From Anaeramoeba ignava BMAN (Eukaryota; Protista; Anaeramoebae): 64,000 bases of DNA. Positions within the stretch are counted from its first letter, which is position 1. Each line of letters starts with the position of its first letter. Below the pieces are notes generated by a model. That model made no database searches and had not been told where the DNA came from. It worked only from the letters and a program-made list of their open reading frames with translations. This document shows positions 37,046 to 48,600 of this stretch, piece after piece. The stretch spans positions 62,001 to 126,000 of the forward strand of contig JAPDFW010000055.1 of the NCBI GenBank assembly GCA_028826165.1, written 5' to 3'. The position numbers and the translations under genes were made by a program.

Positions 37046-37759
37046 TTAGTTCTTTTTTGTTTCTTTTTCTCTTGATTTTCTATGATGTTTATGCTTATGT
37101 TTATGATTGTGTTTATGTTCATTTTTATGATTATTTTTTTTAGTTAATTTTTTGTTTTTATTTTTATGCTTTTTTGGTTTTTCTTTTTCTAGATCATCTT
37201 TGGGAAGTTTTTGCTTTCTTTTCTTGCTTTTGGATTTTTTGTCTTTTTTGTTTTTGTGTTCTTTTTTATGTTTTTTTAAGTGAATTTTTTTATTTTGAGG
37301 ATCATTTTTTTTGACATTTGGAATTTTTGGATTTTTGGATTGAATTTTTTGAACTTCCTGGTTTAAAGGAAGAGGAATTGGGGGAGGATTTTTGGTTTGA
37401 GGGACTATATTTCTTAAAGAGTATCCGAGACCTTGAGTGTTTTCTATATCTAGATTTTGAGATTGAGATGAACCTCTTTTTGTAAGTTGATCAATTAGTT
37501 GTTTATCTTTTATAGGATTTAAAGGTTGTAACTGTTTTGTTTGAGACTTTATTCCTAGAGCTGCAAGCATTGCGGCTTGTTCTTGTTCTTTGATTTGTTG
37601 TTTTTGTATTTTTGGATCTTGAGGTTTTTTTGAGGGTTGTGTGTACCAAGCTGGATTTGTTTTTTCACTGTGTCCTAAATAGTATGACATTTCAACTTTA
37701 TCCGAAATGTTATTCCAAGAAAATAAACCTTGTCCTCCTCTTACTCTACGGTTTGTCAT
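37046..37759 (-). CDS. C1orf35: MMTAG2/C1orf35-like protein (MMtag domain) with a Lys/His-rich tail
   Basis: VRGGQGLFSWNNI...YYLGHS...WY...IKEQEQAAMLAALG matches the MMtag pattern RGG..F.W.....NYLG.S...WY...E..ALLAALG. Confidence 0.75.
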   Translation of the reverse strand: MTNRRVRGGQGLFSWNNISDKVEMSYYLGHSEKTNPAWYTQPSKKPQDPKIQKQQIKEQEQAAMLAALGIKSQTKQLQPLNPIKDKQLIDQLTKRGSSQSQNLDIENTQGLGYSLRNIVPQTKNPPPIPLPLNQEVQKIQSKNPKIPNVKKNDPQNKKIHLKKHKKEHKNKKDKKSKSKKRKQKLPKDDLEKEKPKKHKNKNKKLTKKNNHKNEHKHNHKHKHKHHRKSREKETKKN

Positions 37760-37857
37760 TAAAAAATGAAAAATGAAAAATGAAAAATTTATTTTAATTT
37801 TTTTAATTTTTTAATTTTTTTAATTTTTTAAATTGATTTTTTAATTTTTTAATTTTT

Positions 37858-40800
37858 TTAATTTTGATTTTCTTGGTTTGGAATTTCTTCAATTTCGATA
37901 TCATCAATATCATCAATATCATCAATATCATCAATATCATCAATATCTTCGATTTCTTGTTTATTTTCTTGTTTATTTTCTTCTTGTTTATTTTCTTCTT
38001 GTTTTTCTTCTTGATTTTCTTCTGATTCTGAAATTACTTTTCTCTTTTTTGTTCTTGGTTTTTTCTTAGTCTTCTTTTTATTCTTTTTATTCGTTTTATT
38101 CTTCTTATTAATTTTTTTCTTTTTCATCTTTTTATTCTTCGTTGATTTTTTTGTTTTAGATTTTTGTTTTAAATTTTCATTTTGATTTTCATTTAAATTT
38201 TCATTTTGATTTTCATTTTGATTTTCATTTTGATTTTCATTTTGATTTTCATTTAAATTTTCCTTTAAATTTTCCTTTAAATTTTCGTCTTCATCTAAAT
38301 TATCTTCATCAAACATTTTGGAAAACTCATTATCACTTTCATCATCAACATTCTCCAAATAAAGACCTTCATCCTTTCCAGATTTATTTTCATTATTTGG
38401 ATTATTCATAAGAGATTGAAATTTCTCTTGATTTTCAATTAAAATCTGTTGGTAGAACTTTTGTTTTTCAATTTCCTTTCTTTCCAAGTCTTGTTTAATC
38501 TTAAGCTGCTCCATTTTTTCATTCTCAGAACGAATACGCCGAGAAATAATCTCTTCTTGACGGAGTCTAAACCTCTCCTGAACATCGAGAAATTTCTTAT
38601 GAGCATTAGTGATGAAAGCTCGAGCTTGGTCCTCTTGGGAAAGAAGAAAATCATGAGCGTCTTGCGTATCAAGATGGACGCGCATATAAGTGAATATTCT
38701 GAAGGATTGCTGGAATAATTTCTCGGCGAGACGAGCATCGTCGGGACTGAGGTTTCGATCTTCAAGAGGGTTTTTATCTGGAAGAATGGAGAGAGCATGA
38801 GATCTGGACACTGAGGCAAGACCCCACCATCCCACACGACTGCGCGGGTCGAGACGCAGAAGGTGCTGGAATGTGCTTGATGCTTCTGTGTATGTTTTTG
38901 CGCGCAGTTGGGCGCGACCGAGACAGCCGAGAAGTTCTGCGTTTGGGGCGGAGTCTCGGATGCAAGCTGAGTAAAGTTTAATTGCCTGTGTGTATTTCTG
39001 ATCCAAAAGTAGGAAATGTGCGTGAGTTAAACGCGCGTCTGGGAAGTTATGTGATGCCTCGTGAATTTCCGTGATGATCTTGCGCGCCTCATCGTCTCGT
39101 TGTTTATCTGCAAGACAGAGGGCAATTCCATGTGCTGCATACACATTCGAGGGCTGCAATACAAGCGCCTCTTTGTAAAGCTTCATCGCCTTATTTATCT
39201 GACGATCGAAGTTTGCAAGAGTGATGTCTCTAAGTGGGTCCGATCTTGCTTGGATTCGTAAAAGATTTCCCAACGCCACAAGCACATATCCCGAGCGCTG
39301 TTTGTTTCTCGGATCCTTTCTTGCTCGCTCTAACAGACCCATCGCACTCTTCAGATCCCCCTGCGTTCCTTTCTTCATGTGGAGATATGCTAATTGTATC
39401 AGCGCACTTGTGTTTTCTTTATCTCCTGATAAAATCTTCTGATAATGTCTACTTGCTTCCAAAATATCCCCCACTTTTTCACAAATGACCCCCAATCTTA
39501 AATGGCAATCTACATATGAAGGGTGCTTCTCCAGGATCTCCTTGTAGATCTTCTCCGCCTCTCTTGTTCTTGATTCCTCCTCCAATCCTCTTCCTTGGTT
39601 GTACCGGATCGTCGTCTCGTTTTCTTCGTTGCTTAATTTCTCAGCTTCTGAATACGCTGATTTGCTCCCTTCATAATCTCCCCCTTGATTTGTCGTAATG
39701 TCCCTATGTTGTTCCATATTTCAACCCCGATTTTTATCCCCCATTTTTCGTATAATCCTTTAAGTTTGCTATATGTTTTTAGTGATTTTTCTCTTTCTGT
39801 TTTTTCGTAAAGTATTGCTAGTTGATGTAGTGCTTCTATGTCGTAGTGATTTTCTTGTACTACTTTTTCTAGGCATTCTTGTGCTTTTTCGTTTTTTTTT
39901 TGTTTGATGTAGAGCATTCCGAGGATCTTTTATTAATATTAATTTTTTATCCGATTTTAATTTTTTATCCGATTTTAATTTTAATATTAATTTTAAATTT
40001 AATTTTATAAATGAATTTTAATTATAATTTTAAATTTAATTTTTAATTTTAATTTTTTAAATTTTAATTTTAATTTTAAATTTAATTTTAATTTTTAATT
40101 TTAATTTTGATTTTAATATTAATATTAATTTTAATTTTAATTTTAATTTTAATTTTAATTATAATTTTAATTATAATTATAATTTTAATTTTAATTTTAA
40201 TTTTAATTTTTAATTTGAATTTTAATTTTAATTTTAATTTTAATTTTAATTTTAATTTTAATTTTAATTTTAATTTTAATTTTAATTTTAATTTTAATTT
40301 TTAATTTTTAATTTTAATTTTAATTTTGATTTTAATTTTAATTTTAATTTTAATTTTAATTTTAATTTTAATTTTAATTTTTATTTTGAATTTAATTTTA
40401 ATTTTTTATAAATGAATTTTAATTTTAATTTTAATTTTAATTTTGATTTTGAATTTTAATTTTAATTTTAATTTTAATTTTAATTTTAATTTTAATTTTA
40501 ATTTTAATTTTAATTTTAATTTTTAATATTAAATTTTAATTTTATAAATGAATTTTAATTTTTAATACCTTCAATGTCTCATAATTATGTGGCAAATGGA
40601 ATCGCACTTTCTCAAATTCTTGTACAGCACCACTATAATCTCTCTCATGTAACAAAGTTTGTGCTAACCCAAAGCGTGCAGGAAAATGTCTAACCCAAAT
40701 TTTCAAAGTTTCTTGATAATATTGTTTTGCTAAAGAAAATTGTCGCTAAAAAAATAATCAATTTTTAATTTTTTATCCGATTTTTAATTTTAATTTTAAT

Positions 40801-43531
40801 TTTAATTTTAATTTTAATTTTAATTTTAATTTTAATTTTAATATTAATTTTAATTTTAATTTTAATTTTAATTTTAATTTTAAATTTTAATTTTAATTTT
40901 AATTTTAATTTTAATTTTAATTTTAATTTTAATTTTAATTTTAATTTTAATTTTAATTTTAATTTTAATTTTTAATTTTAATTTTAATTTTAATTTTAAT
41001 TTTAATTTTTAATTTTAATTTTAATTTTAATTTTAATTTTAATTTTAATTTTAATTTTAATTTTTAATTTTAATTTTAATTTTAATTTTAATTTTAATTT
41101 TAATTTTAATTATAATTTTAATTTTACTTCAGAATGAAAAGAACGAGCAACTAAATAACAACTTTCAGCTTTGATTTTATTATTTTTTGTATAATGATAT
41201 GCTTTTTGTGCAAGCATTTGAGATTTTCTTTGTTCTCCTCGATAAAAATAATAATCACTTAAATTAATCAAAACCATTGGGTTATTCGGATTAATTTTAT
41301 ATGCTTTTGCAAAATATTCCATCGCAACTTTTTCTTGCGGTTCTCGAGGTGTTTCTTCAGAAATATCAACATATCCTCTTTGTGCCAAAACACCCAAACC
41401 ACATAAAGCTGCATCATTTTTTGGATCCTTTTTGATTAATTTTAATTAAATATTTATATTTATATTTATATTTATATTTATATTTATATTTATATTTATA
41501 TTTATATTTATATTTATATTTATATTTATATTTATATTTATATTTATATTTATATTTATATTTATATTTATATTGATATATTTATATTTATATTTATATT
41601 TATATTTATATTTATATTTATATTTATATTTATATTTATATTTATATTTATATTTATATTTATATTTATATTTATATTTATATTTATATTTATATTTATT
41701 TTTATTTTTATATTTATATTTATATTTATATTTATATTTATATTTATATTTATATTTAAATATTTATATTTATATTTATATTTATATTTATAATTATAAT
41801 TATATTTATATTTATATTATTTACAAGTTCTATAACTCGTTGAAATGCAACAAGTGACATTCGAAATTTTTCAAGTTTGAAATAACAATATGCTAATCCT
41901 AATCTCACTTCTGGTGGACATTTTGGATTTCTTCGAATTGCTTGTCGGAAAAATGAGAAAGATTCTGAATAATTTTCCATAAGAAATTGTGTCAATCCCT
42001 TTAATTTTAATTTTTAATTTTAATTTTAATTTTAATTTTAATTTTAATTTTTAATTTTATAAATTAATTTTAATTTTATTGTTCTACTTTTCCAAGAATT
42101 GCAACAATTAAATTTTGATTTCTTTTTCTTGCTGAATTAAAATAATTATCAGCTTCAACAATTTTATTTTGTCTAATTTGAAAAAATCCTAAAATAAAAA
42201 AAATATAAATTAAATTAAATTAAATTAAATTAAATTAAATTAAATTAAATTAAATTAAATTAAATTAAATTAAATTAAATTAAATTAAATTAAATTAAAT
42301 TAAATTAAATTAAATTAAATTAAATTAAATTAAATTAAATTAAATTAAATCAAATTAAATTAAATTAAATTAAATTAAATGTACCTTTAGCAATTAAAGT
42401 TTCAGGTTCTTGACTCATAATTTTATCAGCTCTTCCAAAATAATCAATAGCTCTTCTATTCCAGTCTTCATAAACATGATAATTTTGGCGATTTGATGGT
42501 AATTGAACATAAAAACATGCGAGTGCATTTAATATTCTATGTTTATCTTTATCATCAGCTCCTCGACCTTCAAATAATCTATCATGAATTGCAGTAATAA
42601 GAATCCTCTCAAAATCTTGATATTGTTTTTGTCTATAATATTCAAGCTATTTTTCATTTCAAATTAATTCATTTTTAATTTAATTCAATTCAATTCAATT
42701 CAATTCAAATTAAATTTCAATTCAATTTAATTTAATTCATTTCAATTCTTAATTCAATTCAATTCAATTCAATTCAATTCAATTCAATCCAATTCTTAAA
42801 TCAATTCAATTCAATTCAATTCATTTAAATTCAATTCAATTCATTTTAATTTAATTCTTAATTCAATTCAATTCATTTTAATTTAATTCTTAATTCAATT
42901 CAATTTAATTTATTTTAATTCAATTCAATTCAATATTCATTTCAATTCAATTCAATTAAATTCAATTCAATTCATTTCAATTCAATTCAATATTCAATTC
43001 AATTCTTTTAAATTAAATTCTTAATTTAATTCAATTCAATTCATTTCAATTCAATTCAATTCATTTCAATTCAATTCAATTCAATTAAACTCAATTCAAT
43101 TCAATTCAATTCATTTCAATTCAATTCATTTAAATTCAATTCATTTAAATTCAACATTTTAATTTATTTTAATTCAATTCATTCCATTTTAATTCTTAAT
43201 TCAATTCAATTCAATTAAATTCATTTCAATTCTTAATTCAATTCATTTCAATTCAATTAAATTCAATTCAATTCAATTCAATTCAATTCATTTTAAATTT
43301 TAATTTAATTCGTTTTTTTAATTTGATTCTTAATTTCATTTAAATTTGTTTCAAATTAATATTAAAAAGAAATACAGCAAGTTTTAACCAAAGAAATAAA
43401 CGCGCTGCTTCATTTTTTAAAAGATCAAGAAGATCATCAATTTCTGGTAAATCATCAAGTGAAATTTCAACAAGTTCTGATGGATTTTCTTTTAACGGAA
43501 TTGAAATAACTCGATTATTAAGATCATCCAT
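37858..43531 (-). CDS. CTR9: PAF1 complex subunit CTR9 (TPR protein), 7 exons, with an apparent 1-nt frameshift at ~39682
   Basis: ISIPL..ELVEISLDDLPE..LLKNEAARLFLWLKLA|LEYY, NPKCPPEVRLGL, KAESCYLVARSFH, IWNNIG, TTIRYN..ILEKHPSYVDCHLRLG and NVYAAHGIA. Introns ~42647-43376, 42189-42384, 41999-42088, 41429-41824, 40746-41127 and 39927-40568. Confidence 0.93.
42655..43330 (+). repeat. Intronic (AATTC)n pentamer array in CTR9 intron 1; the next intron (42205-42380) is pure (TAAAT)n
   Basis: Read directly from the sequence. Confidence 0.9.
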
Positions 43532-43741
43532 TAATAAAATAAATTTTTTTTAAAAGAAAAAAAATGAAAAAAAAAAATGAAAAAAAAATAAAAATAAAAA
43601 ATAATCTTTTCAAAAAATTATTAATATTTTCAAAAAATTATTATTTTTTTTTTTGCTTATTCATCAATTCTTTTCTTATTTGTTTTTCCAGATTTCCTTT
43701 CATTTTTTCCTTTTACTTTTCTTTTAATTTTCTTTTTTAAA

Positions 43742-44583
43742 ATGATTCCAACACCAAAAATACCCCCTTCTATAATGAAAGCAAAACCCAATTTGTTAAT
43801 TTATTTAATTCGACATGGAAGCACACCGTATTTACAAAAAATTTTTCCAATAAAAAAACACAAATAAATAAACATTACTAAACGCGGCCTTTTGTACCGC
43901 ACTATAGACTAAATGAGGCAGGAGCTTTCCGGGGGATGTCTCAAGTTTCATTAAGTGAACAAGGAGAAAAAGAGGCAAAATCACTTTCCACTTTTATGAA
44001 AAAATTTCCGTTAGATTTTTTATTCACTTCACCTCTTCCTCGAGCAAAAGAAACAGCAAGTATTATACTAGAAAACCAATCTATAGATAAATTCGAGATT
44101 GATGAGCGTCTCAAAAGTGTGAATTATGGAGAATGGGAAGGGCAAAAACAATCTGATCTTCAAATCAAATTTCCTGAACAAATGATCCAATATCGAAAAA
44201 GTATTGAAACGTTAACTTTTCCTGGTGGAGAAAGTCTTGTTGATGTACAGACTCGTTTGTTGGATTTTCTTGATGAAATTTCTCAAAAATTTGATCAAAA
44301 ATCAATTGGAATTGTTACTCATCAAGTAAAATTTTGATTAAATTTTATTTAAATATAAATTAAATATTTTGTTCCACTTTTTTTTTTAATTTAATTTTTT
44401 TGATTCCTTTTAATTTAAATTAATTAGATTTGCACTCGAGTTCTTCTTTCATCAATTCTTGCAAATGATTTATCTATGTACTGGAAATTAGGACAAAATC
44501 CTTGTTGTGTTAACATAATAAAATGTTTCAAAGATCAATATGTAGTTGATTTAATGAATTACACTCCATATAAAATGAACTAA
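43742..44583 (+). CDS. Histidine phosphatase (PGM/CobC/PspA-like), 3 exons
   Basis: YLIRHGST.LNEAGAFRG..SLSEQG, TSPLPRAKETA, VNYGEWEG, FPGGESL, IVTHQ, and YWKLGQNPCCVNII..LMNYT. Introns ~43828-43908 and 44326-44428. Confidence 0.88.
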
Positions 44584-44629
44584 AAAAAAAAAACGGAAAA
44601 TAAAAAATTTTTTTCCTTTTTCGTAAAAA

Positions 44630-44675
44630 TTTTTTTTCATTTTTTTCATTTTTTTCATTTTTTTTCATTTTTGAT
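44630..44675 (+). promoter_or_regulatory. Initiator-like TTTCATTTT x4 cluster upstream of the methyltransferase ATG
   Basis: The same motif precedes nearly every start codon in the window, in the sense orientation. Confidence 0.6.
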
Positions 44676-44690
44676 GATAAATAAAATTGA

Positions 44691-45467
44691 ATGGAACCAA
44701 TAAGAACTCAATATGAAAAATATGGAGTTGAAAATTTTTATTTAAATCAAGGAAAAAACTATCGAAATCCACACGAAGAAGGAATAATTGAAGGAATCAA
44801 AGAAGGAAATAGAATTTGGAACTTTGATTTGAGGAGAATATTAGATCTTGCATGTGGAAGTGGAGAAGCAACTTTGGTTTTCCAAGATATCGGTTGCAAA
44901 TCAATAACGGCAACTGATCCATTTACTGGAAAAGCATTTAAAGAAAGAGTCGGATTTGATTGTCTTTCATTTAGTTTTGAAGACATTATTGAAGGTGTTT
45001 TTGATAAGGAAAGATTTACTTTGATTGTTTGTAGTTTTGCTATGCATTTACTTGATAAATCAAAACTTATGATTCTCACTTCAAAACTCGCTTTTATTTC
45101 AGATTTTCTTTTGATTCTTACTCCTCATAAAAGACCCATTATTAAGTCTCAATGGAAATCTTGGTTTTTAATTGGTGAATTTGTTAATAAAAAAAGAGTT
45201 CGTGTTCGTTATTATAGTTCCCTTTTTCTTACTCAAAATTTCGACCAATTTCTTGCTCAAAATCATTCAAATATTATTCAAAATTCTAATTCCTTAAAAA
45301 CAACAAATGAAAAAATTCTTCAATCCAAAAAAATATCAAAAAAATTAAAAGAACCAAAAATAACTAAAAAAGAAAAAAAACAACAAAAAAAAATGATAAA
45401 ATTAAAAGAAAAATTAAATCAAAAATCAAAAGAAAAATTAAAAGAAAAACCAAGAAAAAAAAAATAA
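44691..45467 (+). CDS. Class I SAM-dependent methyltransferase of unknown substrate with a Lys-rich tail, intronless
   Basis: Motif I ILDLACGSGEAT, followed by ATDPFT, LIVCSFAMHL and LILTPHKRP. Confidence 0.8.
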   Translation: MEPIRTQYEKYGVENFYLNQGKNYRNPHEEGIIEGIKEGNRIWNFDLRRILDLACGSGEATLVFQDIGCKSITATDPFTGKAFKERVGFDCLSFSFEDIIEGVFDKERFTLIVCSFAMHLLDKSKLMILTSKLAFISDFLLILTPHKRPIIKSQWKSWFLIGEFVNKKRVRVRYYSSLFLTQNFDQFLAQNHSNIIQNSNSLKTTNEKILQSKKISKKLKEPKITKKEKKQQKKMIKLKEKLNQKSKEKLKEKPRKKK

Positions 45468-45611
45468 GAAAATTAAAAGAAAAGAAAAGAAAAGAAAATA
45501 AATTTAATCTCTTGTAAAAAAATTATTAGAAAAAATTAAGAATTATTTTTTTTTTTGGCTAATTCAAATTTCGAAAAAAAGCAAAAAAAATAAAATGAAA
45601 AATGGAACTTT

Positions 45612-48600
45612 TTATTTGAGTTGAGAAAGATAATCTGAAAAATTATGAGAATCATCAGCAGAATTTTCTCTTTGAGCATGAAAAACATCACCTTTAACCA
45701 TTTTTGCAATTAAACTATCAAAAGCACCAACTTGACTCATATCAACTTTTAATTCCTCTTTTGGTTGTTTCTTTTTGATAACAATTCTTTGACGATTTGC
45801 AAGTTTTTTTTGTCTTTCTTCATCTTCTTTTCTTTTTTTATTCTGAGCAATTGCTTCTTTAAAATGTTGTAAAAATGTAGTGATTCTTTGGAAAAAATCT
45901 TCACATTTTAAATTATGATCTGATTCTGCAACCAAAACTAATAAATCTTGATATTTTGCTTTTGATGATTCAAATGAAGCTTCTGTGAATTTAAGTTCAT
46001 TTTCTGATGATTCAATAAATTTTGAAAAAACTGGGAAAAATTGATCTTCATCATTAAATGGTTCTTGCATTTTTGGAAGTAATTCTTCAATTCTTTTCAT
46101 TTCAACTTGAAGTGAACGTAAATCTGCTTGAACTTGTTCTGAAGAGACTATATAATTTCAAAATGAATTTTAATTTTAAAATGAATTTTAATTTTAAAAT
46201 GAATTTTGAATTGAATTTTATAAATGAATTTTAATTTGAATTTTATAAATGAATTTTAAATTGAATTTTAATTTTAATTTTAATTTTAAATTTTAATTTT
46301 AATTTTAATTTTAATTTTAATTTTAATTTTAATTTTAATTTTAAAATGAATTTTAATTTTGAATTGGATTTTAATTTTGAATTGAATTTTAATTTTAAAT
46401 TGAATTTTAATTTTGAATTGGATTTTAATTTTGAATTGGATTTTAATTTTGAATTGAATTTTAAATTGAATTTTAATTTTAAATTGAATTTTAATTTTAA
46501 TTTTAATTTTAATTTTAATTTTAATTTAGATTTTAATTTTAATTTTAAAATGAATTTTAATTTTAATTTTAAATTGAATTGAATTTTGAATTGGATTTTA
46601 ATTTTAATTTTAATTTTAATTTTAATTTTAAATTGAATTTTAATTTTGAATTGGATTTTAATTTTGATTTTAATTTTAAATTTCAAAATGAATTATAATT
46701 TTGAATTGAATTTTAATTTTAATTTTAAATTTTAAATTGAATTGAATTTTATAATTGAATTTTAAATTGAATTTTAAATTGAAATTTACCTCGACTTGCT
46801 CCTTCACAAGATCCTAAATCACGAAGTAAATTCAAAACATCAGGATCCTTTTCTGAAAAATATTCAACAATCCAATTCAATAAAGTAATTTTAGGATTTT
46901 GAGTACTTTTAGTATCTTTAAGCTTCAATAAATCACCAAGATAAAAACCATTAGCATTTCCTCTATAAGAACCAGAGTTCATAAAATTACCCAAATTCAA
47001 AACAAAAGTTAAAAAAACACGGAATCTTTTGCATTCATTAAAATCTTCAACTGCTCTTTTCATGGTTTCAATTTGTGGTTTGAGTTCTTCTATTCTTGAT
47101 GCAAATGATAACTTGAAAACTAATGATGATATTCTTTCGGAAAGAAATGGAATATCCATAATTTCTTTATAAAATTTTGTTCCTTCATCAAGAGTATTAA
47201 CATCTCCTTTAAATTCTTTTATAGCTTCAATTTCTTGCTCAGTTGGTAATAGACTTAATAAGTTTTGTAATTGAGTTGTTGTGAATTTACTTTCATCTAC
47301 ACTTAAAATTGAATTTTTGATTTCAACTGGTTCCATTTTTATTGATTTTAATATAATTGGTAAATTGCTTGCTTTTTTTCCAGATACAAATGATATTGTT
47401 TTTTTGGCTAGTCGTCTTTTACTATCTTTTTCATCCTTTTCTTGATTATCTTTTGGTTCGTTTGGATTGGGTACACCTTTTTAGATTTTAATATTAATAA
47501 TTTTAATTTTAATTTTAATTTTAATTTTAATTTTAATTTTAATTTTAATTTAAATTTTAATTTTAATTTTATTATTAATTTCAATTTTAATTTTAATTTT
47601 AATTTTAATTTTAAATTTTAATTTTAATTTTAATTTTAATTTTAATTTTAAATTTTAATTTTAATTTTAATTTTAATTTTAATTTTAATTTTAATTTTAA
47701 TTTCAATTTTAATTTTAATTTAAATTTTAATTTAAATTTATTTACCTTTCTTTTTAAAATGTGATGTAAAATCATTTGTATCAAAATCAACTTCATGAGC
47801 TAAATTTTCCCACCAAGAATTTTTAATAGTATTAGCATTAATTTTTTGCCAAGAAAATCCGAGCATAGAAGCTTTAGGTTTTTTTTTAAATTTTCTACCC
47901 ATAGAAGATTGGGGATTAGGAGCACCTTTAGGAGGTGGTGGACCTCCCATTGGTGGTGGTGGACCTCCCATTGGTGGTGGTGGACCTCCCATTGGTGGTG
48001 GTGGACCTCCCATTGGTGGTGGTGGACCTCCCATTGGTGGTGGTGGTCCTCCTGTTGGTGGTGGTGGACCTCCTGTTGGTGGTGGTGGTCCGCCTGTTGG
48101 TGGTGGTGGACCTCCTGTTGGTGGTGGTGGTCCTCCTGTTGGTGGTGGTGGTCCTCCTGTTGGTGGTTCGATTTTTTCTGTTTCATTTTGGGGACTTTCT
48201 ACTTGATTTAATAAAGGTCCCCCCAAATTCGTTGGTTTTGGTATAAAAATAATTTTTTCTCCTGTCACTTTCTCAATATTTTCTTCTGTTGGTTCTACTC
48301 CTTTTAATTTGCATATCTCTGATTGTAATGAAATTATTTTTTCAGTGAAAATATTTTGTTGAGATTGTATTTTTTCCATCATTAATTGCTGCATTTTTTC
48401 GGATTTCATTTTTAGTGCCATTAATTCTTTTTGATCTACTATTGGTTTTTTTTTTTCTTCTTCTTTCAATTTGTTTAATTCGGTTTCAGTTTCTTCTTTT
48501 TGTTTTTTTAATTGTTGAATTTCTTCATTTTTCTGATGATTTTGATCTGAAATTTTTTTTTCATATTTTGTTTTTTGATCTTCAAGAATTTTTTGATAGA

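Noticed and set aside
38440-39720. Intein or mobile element explaining the GC-rich CTR9 segment
   Set aside because: The segment encodes collinear CTR9 TPRs, with no C..HN splice motifs, endonuclease or terminal repeats. Overlapping short ORFs reflect higher GC.
47800-48246. His-rich, Trp-rich and Val-rich ORFs
   Set aside because: Alternative frames of the formin FH1 poly-proline repeat.
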